A stretch of 34,741 bases of DNA from a candidate division WWE3 bacterium RIFCSPLOWO2_12_FULL_36_10 (GTDB lineage Bacteria > Patescibacteriota > WWE3 > UBA101185 > UBA10185). The notes below the pieces were generated by a model. The model searched no databases. It saw only the letters and a program-made list of their open reading frames with translations, and was not told where the DNA came from. This document shows, piece by piece, positions 15,207 through 24,127 of the stretch. Location: NCBI GenBank assembly GCA_001772985.1, contig MEVN01000034.1, positions 1-34,741 on the forward strand. The letters are read 5' to 3'. Positions within the stretch are counted from its first letter, which is position 1. Each line of letters starts with the position of its first letter. Position numbers and translations under genes: made by a program.

Positions 15207-16364
15207 ATGCCCGAAGAATTCCCGACAAAGATAGAATCTGATACTCAAGTAAGTTTTACTGTTGACAAGTTTGGCCTTTACGCGATTACAGTCATAGCCA
15301 GTTGCGAGAAGCATCATGATTTGAAGGTAGAAATCGATAACGAGCATCAAACTTTTAATACCCCTCAGTCTTGGAATGGCACAAACCTAAAAAGTTTATC
15401 CAAAACGGTTATTTTCATCTTGACTCTTGAACAAGGCCCGCACACTCTAAGATTATCCCCTAATAGCGAAGCGTTTATTAAGAAATGGAGTTATCGAATA
15501 ATTCAAAATCCACAAAAGGTTGAATTTAAGATTGAGGAAAAGTCAGAAGATGGCAATAGGAGATCTTGGATTACTTTTGCATTAATCAATACGTCTCTTA
15601 AATCAATTACGGCGGAAGCAAGTGTTTCTTGGCATCTGTTTGACGGTGACGATATTAAATTGATTGTTGATAATGAAATTGAGAAAAACGCCAAGTCAAA
15701 ACTTTGGAAGTATTGGGTGTGGCACGCCATACCCCAGCAGGTATTAACTGGTTCAAAAAGACAACAAAAAACATTTAATAAAGATTTGCAACAAGGAGCT
15801 CACTATATTGAGTTTTGGGCAGATAAAACTCCCACTTTACACATTGTCACATTAGATTTGGGAGATTATAAACCTAAGCGTACTCCGACAGTTGAGAATC
15901 CCGAGTGGACCGGAGATTTTTCTGATGATATCGATAGAATCATTCTTGCAAGGGCATTGTTTGGTGAAGCTAGAGATACATTTGTGCCAGATATGGTGAG
16001 AGTTGCTATTGGTTGGACAATTAGAAATAGAGTTGGCGACTCTAGGTGGCCGAGTACATATCATGGAGTAATCACGGAGCCATCGCAATATAGCTCTTTT
16101 AATAATGATGATCAGAACCGACCGTATGTGGAAAATCCATTACATTCTAGTCTGGAGATAGACCGAGAAGCTTGGAAAAATGCCTACGAGGTTGCAGAAG
16201 AAATCATAAACAACAAAATTAAAGACCCCACTCAGGGAGCAAATCACTACTATGACGATAGCATCAACGTTCCTAAATGGGCGGAAGATGAAACACCTAC
16301 ATACTCTATTTCGTACAAAAACAAATTTGAATTAAATAGTTCCATTTTCTTTTATAAACTGTAA
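15207..16364 (+). CDS. Two-domain protein: unknown N-terminal beta-rich region plus a C-terminal SleB-like cell-wall hydrolase domain
   Basis: The C-terminal segment ILARALFGEARD...VAIGWTIRNRV...HGVITEPSQYSSFN...GANHYYD matches the Hydrolase_2/SleB pattern. No obvious signal peptide. Confidence 0.65.
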   Translation: MPEEFPTKIESDTQVSFTVDKFGLYAITVIASCEKHHDLKVEIDNEHQTFNTPQSWNGTNLKSLSKTVIFILTLEQGPHTLRLSPNSEAFIKKWSYRIIQNPQKVEFKIEEKSEDGNRRSWITFALINTSLKSITAEASVSWHLFDGDDIKLIVDNEIEKNAKSKLWKYWVWHAIPQQVLTGSKRQQKTFNKDLQQGAHYIEFWADKTPTLHIVTLDLGDYKPKRTPTVENPEWTGDFSDDIDRIILARALFGEARDTFVPDMVRVAIGWTIRNRVGDSRWPSTYHGVITEPSQYSSFNNDDQNRPYVENPLHSSLEIDREAWKNAYEVAEEIINNKIKDPTQGANHYYDDSINVPKWAEDETPTYSISYKNKFELNSSIFFYKL

Positions 16365-17101
16365 TGCCAAAAAATAAATACTTGATCCTAATTCTATTTT
16401 TTCTAGTAGCATTTCTGATTACCGTCTATTTAATGTCCTCTCATATAGAATATAAAACAGAAGGTGTGATTGATATTTCTAGTATCAGAATCTCCGACTA
16501 CAGTTTCTTATCCAGAGGAAGACAAAACGAAGTTTTTTTCACGAAATACGGTGATAAAAGACAAGTCTTCTATGATATAAAGCCGGTTACATCAATGGCA
16601 CTTTCTCCATCTAAAAAACAAGTAGCTTTTTTTTATTTTCCAAACAATAAAACAAGAGAAGAAGTTTCTCTCGTGATTTATGATTTTCAAAAAAAGGCAT
16701 TTAGGGAAATTTATCACACATCTCATGCTTCTTGGGATTTCACTGGTGGCTTAAATTGGTTAAGTGATAGCTACGTGTTTTTTATGAGGCATTGTGGTAC
16801 AGCTTGCAGTGGAGTTGCACTTCTTAGCCTAGAATCAAGGCAGGAGACCAACGCCGTGTTATCGTATCCTTCCTTTCCAAATCAACCTTCAAAAACACAT
16901 TTTAAAGATTGGTTTGAACATGAATTTGATCTTGACGGACTTGTGGTTGACTTGAATTCCGAAACAAGGGGTAAAAATAATTACTTGGTATTTACTCTTG
17001 AAGATAACAATGGAAATAATTTAGGTGAAAGAAGGTTACTTTATACAAAGGATTCATTAAAATTTGTAAAATTGTACGACACATCACGTGGCCAAATGTA
17101 A
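16364..17101 (+). CDS. Membrane-anchored hypothetical protein (245 aa)
   Basis: N-terminal TM helix; the start overlaps the upstream stop (TAATG). Repeated beta-strand-rich sequence, possibly a propeller blade type (unverified). Confidence 0.5.
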   Translation: MPKNKYLILILFFLVAFLITVYLMSSHIEYKTEGVIDISSIRISDYSFLSRGRQNEVFFTKYGDKRQVFYDIKPVTSMALSPSKKQVAFFYFPNNKTREEVSLVIYDFQKKAFREIYHTSHASWDFTGGLNWLSDSYVFFMRHCGTACSGVALLSLESRQETNAVLSYPSFPNQPSKTHFKDWFEHEFDLDGLVVDLNSETRGKNNYLVFTLEDNNGNNLGERRLLYTKDSLKFVKLYDTSRGQM

Positions 17102-17143
17102 AGTCCGATTTTAGATATGTCCGTTATTAAAAGGATCGAGTCT

Positions 17144-18103
17144 TTAATCCCTAAGTTCGTATCTTGAAGATTTGGTTTTTCCGCTTTTAATAATTATTTT
17201 TTTGTCCATTAAAGTCTTCAAATCGCGTAAAATAGAGTCCTCGGATATTCCCGGAAACATTTTTGAAAATTCGTTATTTTGCATAATGCCATAATCCTGA
17301 AGATGTTCCACAATTTTTTCTTGCCTTTGCGTTAAATGAATTCTTCCTGAAACTTTTGCTATTTTTGTATCCTTTGCCAAAATTATAATCTTCTCCTTTA
17401 TTATCGATGTTTCCCGCGCAAGGCCGTCGGTAAAGAATTCTAGCCAAACAGTTAAGTCTCCATTATTTTCCCAAACAGATTTAACTGAATTCTCATATTT
17501 TAAAAAATTTTGAGTGTAATATTCCTCAAGACAGATATAATTTCCAAATAAGTAACCACTTCTCTTAAGAATAATCAAAGCCAAAAAATTTGATGCTATT
17601 GAGTTCATGTTTTCAAAAGGCATCACATTTTCTATTTGAGCCTTTAGTATTCCAGAAAGTATTATTGGATGTGTTTCTTTAGCTTCAAGCGAATGGAACC
17701 AATCAATCATATTCTCCATTTCAGCGAGAATTTCTTCAGGATTTGTTCCTAAACTATTTTTTCTACTTCTAAACGCCCCTCCGATACTCTTAATATCTTC
17801 AAATTCAAAACTTTCTGAATACGACTCGTTTAGGTTTACTTTTTTTATTAAACTAAAAATGCTACTAGCCTCTTTTGATGGGGAGTTATTTAACTTATCG
17901 ACAAACTTTTTTATAGTCTCAATCGAAAAGTTCTGATCGACAATTTTTAGTGAATTTAGGACGCACCTTATTTGTGCATCTTTTTCAAGTTGTTTTCCCC
18001 AATTCCGCATTATCCTAGTGTTTTCGATTATAGATCTGGCGTATTCAATGTTAGAAATATTTTTTAGGATAGAGTTTGTAATAGTAAATTCCGGAAGATA
18101 CAT
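17144..18103 (-). CDS. Fic/DOC-family-like protein with a degenerate active-site motif and a C-terminal winged-helix domain
   Basis: The architecture and the helix THPIILSGILKAQIENVMPFENMNSIASNFLA align to the Fic core. The canonical HxFx(D/E)GNGRxxR reads MPFENMNSIASNF. The C-terminal QRQEKIVEHLQDYG...ILRDLKTLMDKKII is wHTH-like. Confidence 0.5.
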   Translation of the reverse strand: MYLPEFTITNSILKNISNIEYARSIIENTRIMRNWGKQLEKDAQIRCVLNSLKIVDQNFSIETIKKFVDKLNNSPSKEASSIFSLIKKVNLNESYSESFEFEDIKSIGGAFRSRKNSLGTNPEEILAEMENMIDWFHSLEAKETHPIILSGILKAQIENVMPFENMNSIASNFLALIILKRSGYLFGNYICLEEYYTQNFLKYENSVKSVWENNGDLTVWLEFFTDGLARETSIIKEKIIILAKDTKIAKVSGRIHLTQRQEKIVEHLQDYGIMQNNEFSKMFPGISEDSILRDLKTLMDKKIIIKSGKTKSSRYELRD

Positions 18104-18130
18104 TAAATTAATTATCGCACAATTCCCGCA

Positions 18131-19195
18131 CTAAAGCTTTATGAATCTGACCTTTTTCATGAATCCTTCTATGTGTTCTCGAGGTTCCGCGCTTGTTATT
18201 ATGGTTTGTTGAAGATGAATTACTTCAAGGATTGCACCTCTATGTTTTTCGTCAAGTTCAGAAAAGATGTCATCCAAAAGCAACACCGGCCTTTTTTGTG
18301 TGATTTGGGTAATAAAATCTATTTCACAGAGTTTAATTGCGAGAAGTGTTGATCTTTGCTGGCCCCTTGATCCGAAAGAAGATAAATTAAAGCCTGCTAA
18401 AAATACTTTAAAGTCATCTCTGTGCGGACCAACAAGTGTAGTTTTTGCATAAATTTCTTTTTCTTTATATTTTTCAATTCTTTCTCGACTCATTTCGTTT
18501 TTTAAGTATTCTATTTTTATGTCAGTAGCTTCTTCGTTTAACTCATTCATGTACTTTGGCATTTTATTCTCAAGAAATGTGAAAAACTCATTTCTTTTTT
18601 CCTGAATTATTTTCCCGGACTCGATAAGTTTTTCTTCCCAAAATTCTATTTGTTCTTTCCCGCGCCCAAAATCTCTTATTTGTTCAAGAAGTTTATTTCT
18701 TTGTCTTAGGGATTTTAGATATTTTGAGTGAGCCTGTTTATATTTATAGTCGACCTGAAAAAAAAGAGAGTCTAAGTATTTTCTTCGAACCGAAGGAGAG
18801 GCGGAGAACATTTCAATACTTTGTGGAGCAAATAAGACACTGTTAAAAGTTCCGGCAAACTTATTTAAAGCTTTTGCAACTTTATTTATTTTTACTTTTT
18901 TTGATGATGCGTTTTCTAGTTTAGAGCTCTTTACGATTGTCATTTCAAGCTTAATTCTTTGTTCTTCCGATTCTATTTCCAGCTCAATTGCCAAGTGTTC
19001 ACGGTCGTGGGAAATCATTTCGCGGTCGTACCTTGTCCTTAGTGATTTAGTTGTTGACATTAAATATATAGCCTCAAGAACATTACTTTTTCCAGATCCA
19101 TTCGCTCCATAAATTAAGAAAGCCTCACCGTTGAAATTAATTTCAAGTTTAGTATGATTTCTAAAATTCGCCAGTTTTATTTTTTTTAATTTCAT
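18131..19195 (-). CDS. recF: DNA replication and repair protein RecF
   Basis: NFRNH, Walker A GANGSGKSNVLEAI, signature SRGQQRS, and Walker B LLLDDIFSELD. Confidence 0.9.
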   Translation of the reverse strand: MKLKKIKLANFRNHTKLEINFNGEAFLIYGANGSGKSNVLEAIYLMSTTKSLRTRYDREMISHDREHLAIELEIESEEQRIKLEMTIVKSSKLENASSKKVKINKVAKALNKFAGTFNSVLFAPQSIEMFSASPSVRRKYLDSLFFQVDYKYKQAHSKYLKSLRQRNKLLEQIRDFGRGKEQIEFWEEKLIESGKIIQEKRNEFFTFLENKMPKYMNELNEEATDIKIEYLKNEMSRERIEKYKEKEIYAKTTLVGPHRDDFKVFLAGFNLSSFGSRGQQRSTLLAIKLCEIDFITQITQKRPVLLLDDIFSELDEKHRGAILEVIHLQQTIITSAEPREHIEGFMKKVRFIKL

Positions 19196-19983
19196 TGTTT
19201 AAGAACTTGACAGGTAGGGCAGTAATATGTGCCTCGTGAATTTATTTTTTCAAATTTAATTTTTGTACCGCAATTCTTGCAATTTCTTTGATCGTAAACT
19301 CTAAAGTAGTTTTGATGGGTCCCGTATTTTCCAAACGCGTCAACAAACATTTTATCACTTAAAGTTGAACCTCTATGTAGTATTGCTTCTTTTATTATTT
19401 CTTTGGCGTTATTAAGAAGCTCTTTAGCTTTCGCAATTTTTATTGAGTTGGTTTTAGTTAAAGGATGAGTTTTTGACATCCAAAGTAAATCGTTAGCGTA
19501 AATATTCCCAATTCCGGAAACAACAGATTGATCAAGAAGTGCGTTTTTTATATTAGTTCTTTTTGCTACGAGTACACTAAGAAATTCTTCGGGAGAAAGA
19601 GAGTCTGCCAAAATATCAGGTCCGTACTTGCTTTTTAGTTTATTTATCATTTCCTTTTTAATAACCTCCGCTTTTCCAAACATCCGCGTGTCGCAAAATC
19701 TTAATTGTCCGGTTTTCCCATTTTTTGCGAGAGTTAAAATTATTCTTTCCCAGTCATCGTTTGGACGGTCGGATTTTCTTATTAATAATCTTCCAGTCAT
19801 GGCAAGATGAAAAATTAAAAAAGTTTCACTTGAAAGTTCAAGCACAATATTTTTTGAAATTCTAGTTACCTCAATTATTTTTTTATTAAAATTATTCTTG
19901 ATCTCGATACTTTTTATAACAGCATTTGATAGGTGTTTATTTAAATCAACCGCAATTGTATGTACTTCCGGAAGTTCAGGCAT
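19192..19983 (-). CDS. mutM: Formamidopyrimidine-DNA glycosylase (Fpg/Nei family)
   Basis: The start is set at MPELPEV because the catalytic Pro2 requires it. H2TH region and C-terminal zinc finger CKNCGTKI...YYCPTCQ. Confidence 0.85.
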   Translation of the reverse strand: MPELPEVHTIAVDLNKHLSNAVIKSIEIKNNFNKKIIEVTRISKNIVLELSSETFLIFHLAMTGRLLIRKSDRPNDDWERIILTLAKNGKTGQLRFCDTRMFGKAEVIKKEMINKLKSKYGPDILADSLSPEEFLSVLVAKRTNIKNALLDQSVVSGIGNIYANDLLWMSKTHPLTKTNSIKIAKAKELLNNAKEIIKEAILHRGSTLSDKMFVDAFGKYGTHQNYFRVYDQRNCKNCGTKIKFEKINSRGTYYCPTCQVLKQ

Positions 19984-21094
19984 TGTGCGCTTCCCATTTT
20001 TCGTACACAAAGTTTTTAAATTCACTTATAAAATTTTTCTCATCAAACTTTAAAGTTTGTTTTTTTATTTCTTCCGGGTTGAATTCATTTCTTCTTATTT
20101 TTTCATCAAATATTTTTACTTTGCCAATAAACTCGTCAAGTGAAAGATTTTCAAAAAACAATCCGTCTGTATTTTCTCTCATAATTTCTTTTACACCACC
20201 GGATTTATGTGCCAAAACAGGTTTTCCATGTGACATTGCCTCAACAACCACCATGCCAAAATCCTCTTCAACTACAGGAAATATAAATCCCAAACAGTTA
20301 TTAAAATACGTATTTTTTTGTTTCTCAGAAGTTCTTCCTAGAAATGTTATGTTTTTTCCTGCCATTTTTTTAAGTCTTGATTCTTCGGAGCCTGTTCCGG
20401 AAATTACAAGGGGTATATCGAGAAGATTAAATGCAGAAATAACAAAGTCGAAATTTTTATATGCGGAGAGTCTTCCGTGCATAAAATAGTACGGTTCTAT
20501 AAGCGGATCTTTTTTACTACTTATATTGTTGTCTAATTTTATAGGTGGATATATTACTTTCGCGTCACGGTTATAAAACTTTTCAATTCTTTTTTTTGTA
20601 TTGTAGGAGTTAGTTAAAATAAAATTTGGTCTTTGAGCAACAACATAATCCCAAATTTTTAAATAATGATCTAAGTAGGAGACCACAGGTTTGTAATACC
20701 ATTTATTTCTATTTGTACTTTCTACTGAGTATCCGTATAAAAATCTTGGCGGAGTGTGAACGTACGCTATGTGTAATTGGTTCGGTTTTGTTAAAACGCT
20801 TTTGGCGTAAGCGGTTCCGCTAGAAATAATAATATCGAACTCACTTAAATCAAAGTTCTCAAAAACTATTGGCATTAGGAAAGTAAGATGCTTTGGAAGT
20901 AAATTAAAAAGTGATTCCATTTTTGGTGTAATGATATGTTTTTTGTTTAATTTTTCGGATAGGTTTTTTGGGTTATAGACGCTTGTATATACAGGAGCGT
21001 TTGGGAAAATATCGCAAATGTACTCTAGCGTTGTTTCCGCGCCTCCGTATTGAACTAGATAATCGTGCACAATAGCAACTTTTGGCGAATTCAT
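19976..21094 (-). CDS. GT4-family (GT-B fold) glycosyltransferase
   Basis: C-terminal EEDFGMVVVEAMSHGKPVLA (E-x7-E). Has 8-nt overlap with mutM. Confidence 0.85.
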   Translation of the reverse strand: MNSPKVAIVHDYLVQYGGAETTLEYICDIFPNAPVYTSVYNPKNLSEKLNKKHIITPKMESLFNLLPKHLTFLMPIVFENFDLSEFDIIISSGTAYAKSVLTKPNQLHIAYVHTPPRFLYGYSVESTNRNKWYYKPVVSYLDHYLKIWDYVVAQRPNFILTNSYNTKKRIEKFYNRDAKVIYPPIKLDNNISSKKDPLIEPYYFMHGRLSAYKNFDFVISAFNLLDIPLVISGTGSEESRLKKMAGKNITFLGRTSEKQKNTYFNNCLGFIFPVVEEDFGMVVVEAMSHGKPVLAHKSGGVKEIMRENTDGLFFENLSLDEFIGKVKIFDEKIRRNEFNPEEIKKQTLKFDEKNFISEFKNFVYEKWEAHNA

Positions 21095-21151
21095 ACTTGC
21101 ATTATACAGAAAAGTATTGACAACACCCCGCGTTTTATGAGTTCATGAATC

Positions 21152-21679
21152 ATGCAGAGAGGTTTCTTTATACCCACAGTTTTTGTTATAGTTGCCCTTT
21201 TAGTTCTTGTTCCCGTGCTATTTTGGCTTTTGATAAATAGAGCTGATATTTCCAAATCAGACAATGTTAGAGGCGCTTCAGTTGTAAATGAAAAATACAC
21301 GAAATCCGGCTTTGCAGTTTCGGTTATTTCAAAGTCAGGCACTTGGGATCTATACGAATATTTGTGTAAGACCAAAGATGAGTGTGAGGTGTCTTTAAAT
21401 TCGGGAAAAAATTGGGGAATTGTAAGTGGTGGGGAAACAACCGGTCATGAAGTTATGATAGAAGCCTCTGATGAATGGAAAGATTATAAATATCTTAAGT
21501 TGTTTGCTAAGCCGTCTTGGTTAGGTTCCGATACAGGATATAGAGTTATTGAAACCGGAGATATTACGGCATCGGAGATAGTTAAATTTACGGATAGTAG
21601 TAAAGAGATAGAAACTTTGTTTATTCCCGTTAGCGGTTTATTTGATAAGTATCAAAAGTCTGCTGTGTTTTCTGATTAA
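21152..21679 (+). CDS. Membrane-anchored hypothetical protein (175 aa)
   Basis: N-terminal TM helix (IPTVFVIVALLVLVPVLFWLL). No motif recognised. Confidence 0.5.
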   Translation: MQRGFFIPTVFVIVALLVLVPVLFWLLINRADISKSDNVRGASVVNEKYTKSGFAVSVISKSGTWDLYEYLCKTKDECEVSLNSGKNWGIVSGGETTGHEVMIEASDEWKDYKYLKLFAKPSWLGSDTGYRVIETGDITASEIVKFTDSSKEIETLFIPVSGLFDKYQKSAVFSD

Positions 21680-21680
21680 T

Positions 21681-22604
21681 CTACTGAAGATAGAATTCAA
21701 GTGTAACAAAAAGCCCGTATACCAACAAAAGAATGCCCGCTTCCAGTCTATCAATTTTTTCCTTTGTTCTAATAAACCGTAAGAAAATAAGCATTGTAAA
21801 TACAAGAAAAATGGTTGAGAAAATTTTTGTGTTTGTGATTGGGTAAATTAAAGCGGTTACGCCCAATACAAGAGACGAATTAGCCACAAGACTTCCTACC
21901 GTATTTCCCATAACTTCCTGTTCGTGCCTGCCTTTAACTGCGGAAATAGCGTATGTAATTTCCGGCAATGATGTTCCCACTGCCACAACAGTAAGTCCAA
22001 TAAAGCTTAAACTCCACCCAAGTTTAATACTTAGCTCGGACGCGGATCTTACAATTAGCTCGCTGGAAATAAGAATTAATGTCAAAGAGATTAAGAAAAC
22101 TCCAATTTGTTTTAAAAATTCAGGTCTTTTTAACTTTTTATCCACTGATTCTAGGCTTTGATCTTTTTTAAATACTATATAAAAGTATAAAACATAAGAT
22201 GCTAACAGGATTAGGCCGTCGATTCGCGATAACGTCTTATCAAAAATTAAAACCACGGGTAGTACTGAAAATATAATTGAGTAGTAAATGTCTTTGGTGT
22301 TTAGAATAGTCCTGGTTGACATAGCGCCTGAAATAAAAACAGGAATAGCTAATACTATTGTCATAAGCGCGATGTTTGAACCAATTACCGTACCGTATGA
22401 AAGAATTGGATTTTTTTGAATGGCTGAAGTAATTCCCACCATTAATTCAGGGAGCGAAGTTGCCACGGCTATTAACAAAAAGCCGATTGTGTATTCTGAA
22501 ATATTTATATGACGCGCGATTTTTGATGACGATGATATAAATATGTCAACAGTTTTTATTAGAGCCAAGGTGGCGACAAGCAGAACGATAACGTTTAAAA
22601 CCAT
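21681..22604 (-). CDS. Ca2+/cation antiporter (CaCA / YrbG-type sodium:calcium exchanger)
   Basis: Two alpha-repeat signatures, ATSLPELMVGI and GTSLPEITYAI; multi-TM. Confidence 0.85.
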   Translation of the reverse strand: MVLNVIVLLVATLALIKTVDIFISSSSKIARHINISEYTIGFLLIAVATSLPELMVGITSAIQKNPILSYGTVIGSNIALMTIVLAIPVFISGAMSTRTILNTKDIYYSIIFSVLPVVLIFDKTLSRIDGLILLASYVLYFYIVFKKDQSLESVDKKLKRPEFLKQIGVFLISLTLILISSELIVRSASELSIKLGWSLSFIGLTVVAVGTSLPEITYAISAVKGRHEQEVMGNTVGSLVANSSLVLGVTALIYPITNTKIFSTIFLVFTMLIFLRFIRTKEKIDRLEAGILLLVYGLFVTLEFYLQ

Positions 22605-22618
22605 GTTAAAATTGTTAC

Positions 22619-23095
22619 ATGCAGATAATAGATAAGCAAACTTATTTATGGAATTATTTATCTGACGAACAGAAGGGTTTAATTTTAGATGGGGAACAGT
22701 TACTGTCTGATTCCAAGCATCTCACTTCTATCTCAGATTATTCATTTTTAGTTTTTCCATTCGCCAAAGCATTTGAAGGATTTTTGAAAAAACTTTTTCT
22801 TGAACTCGGTTTAATCAGGGAGGACGAATACTATGGAGATGATATTAGAATTGGAAAACTTTTAAGCCCTTACTTTATGAAAAAACACGCGGGAAGTTTA
22901 TACAAAAAATTAAGTTTAGATAAGTACGCGGGTAAGGAATTAACAGAAGATCTTTGGAAAGTTTGGAAAAGGGGAAGAAATTTAGTTTTTCATTATTTTC
23001 CTCACAATTTTAGACGTTTAACTTATGATGAAGCTCTTGAGATTATTAACGACTTTGGAAGAGTTATGGAGCGGTCAGTTGAAAAAAGTAAGTAA
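22619..23095 (+). CDS. Hypothetical alpha-helical protein with a possible HEPN-type R-N-x3-H motif
   Basis: RNLVFH near the C-terminus fits the HEPN Rx4-6H consensus (polar residue after R). The composition is helical. The family is not identified. Confidence 0.4.
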   Translation: MQIIDKQTYLWNYLSDEQKGLILDGEQLLSDSKHLTSISDYSFLVFPFAKAFEGFLKKLFLELGLIREDEYYGDDIRIGKLLSPYFMKKHAGSLYKKLSLDKYAGKELTEDLWKVWKRGRNLVFHYFPHNFRRLTYDEALEIINDFGRVMERSVEKSK

Positions 23096-24125
23096 AAAAG
23101 TAGCCGTTGGTTTAAGCGGGGGTGTTGACTCTTCCGTGTCAGCGTATCTATTAAAAAAACAAGGATATGAAGTTACTGGAGTTTACATGCAATGTTGGGA
23201 TTCAAAGGCCGATGGATGCAGAGCAGAAGAAGATAGGGCCGATGCGGTGAAGGTTGCTTCTCGCATTGAAATCCCGTTTTTAACTCTTGATTTTAGAGCA
23301 GAATATAAACAAAAAGTAATAGAATATTTTTATAAAAGCTATGAGGAAGGTTTAACTCCAAATCCAGATATTTTGTGCAATAAAGAAATTAAATTTGGTT
23401 TATTTATGGACTGGGCAATAAAGGAAGGATTTGATTTTGTAGCAACCGGACACTACGCTCGAATAAAAAATAACACATTAATGAGAGGGATAGATAATAC
23501 TAAAGATCAATCATACTTTTTGTATCTACTAAATAAAGAACAGCTTAAAAAAATAATTTTCCCGTTAGGGGAAATGAGAAAAATTGAAGTTAGAAAGATT
23601 GCGAAAAAGGTTGGTTTGCAAAATTTTAATAAACCGGACAGTATGGGAATTTGTTTTATTGGAGAGGTTGATATTAAAGATTTTCTCTCAAAAAAACTCC
23701 CGATAAAGGTTGGAAATGTGGTTGATAAAAACGGCGAAATTATTGGAACACATGATGGGGTGTATTTTTATACAATTGGGCAAAGACACGGCTTTAAAAT
23801 TACTAAGTATTACGGCCTCCCGCTTTATGTAATTGGAAAAAATATGGAAAAAAATGAACTTATCGTTGGTTTTGGAAAAGATGGGCTAAGAAGAAACTTT
23901 GAGGTTTCTGATTTGCACTGGATAGAAAAAACACCTAGTGGAAAAATTAATTGCGATATGAGAATTAGACATTTGGGCGTGTTGAACAAAGCTTCTCTAA
24001 CGGAGGTTGTGAAAGGGACTTACATAGTTGAAACTAGAGAACCGCTTTTGGCCGTTGCTGCGGGACAAAGCGCGGTGTTTTATGACAGCAAAGGAGTTGT
24101 TCTTGGCGGTGGAATTATTCTTTAA
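23079..24125 (+). CDS. mnmA: tRNA 2-thiouridine(34) synthase MnmA
   Basis: PP-loop VAVGLSGGVDSSVSA, catalytic Cys regions (PNPDILCN, MGICF), and ATGHYAR. A TTG start at 23079 with GGAG 9 nt upstream is preferred over ATG 23025, which would overlap the previous gene by 71 nt. Confidence 0.85.
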   Translation: MKKVSKKVAVGLSGGVDSSVSAYLLKKQGYEVTGVYMQCWDSKADGCRAEEDRADAVKVASRIEIPFLTLDFRAEYKQKVIEYFYKSYEEGLTPNPDILCNKEIKFGLFMDWAIKEGFDFVATGHYARIKNNTLMRGIDNTKDQSYFLYLLNKEQLKKIIFPLGEMRKIEVRKIAKKVGLQNFNKPDSMGICFIGEVDIKDFLSKKLPIKVGNVVDKNGEIIGTHDGVYFYTIGQRHGFKITKYYGLPLYVIGKNMEKNELIVGFGKDGLRRNFEVSDLHWIEKTPSGKINCDMRIRHLGVLNKASLTEVVKGTYIVETREPLLAVAAGQSAVFYDSKGVVLGGGIIL

Positions 24126-24127
24126 AT

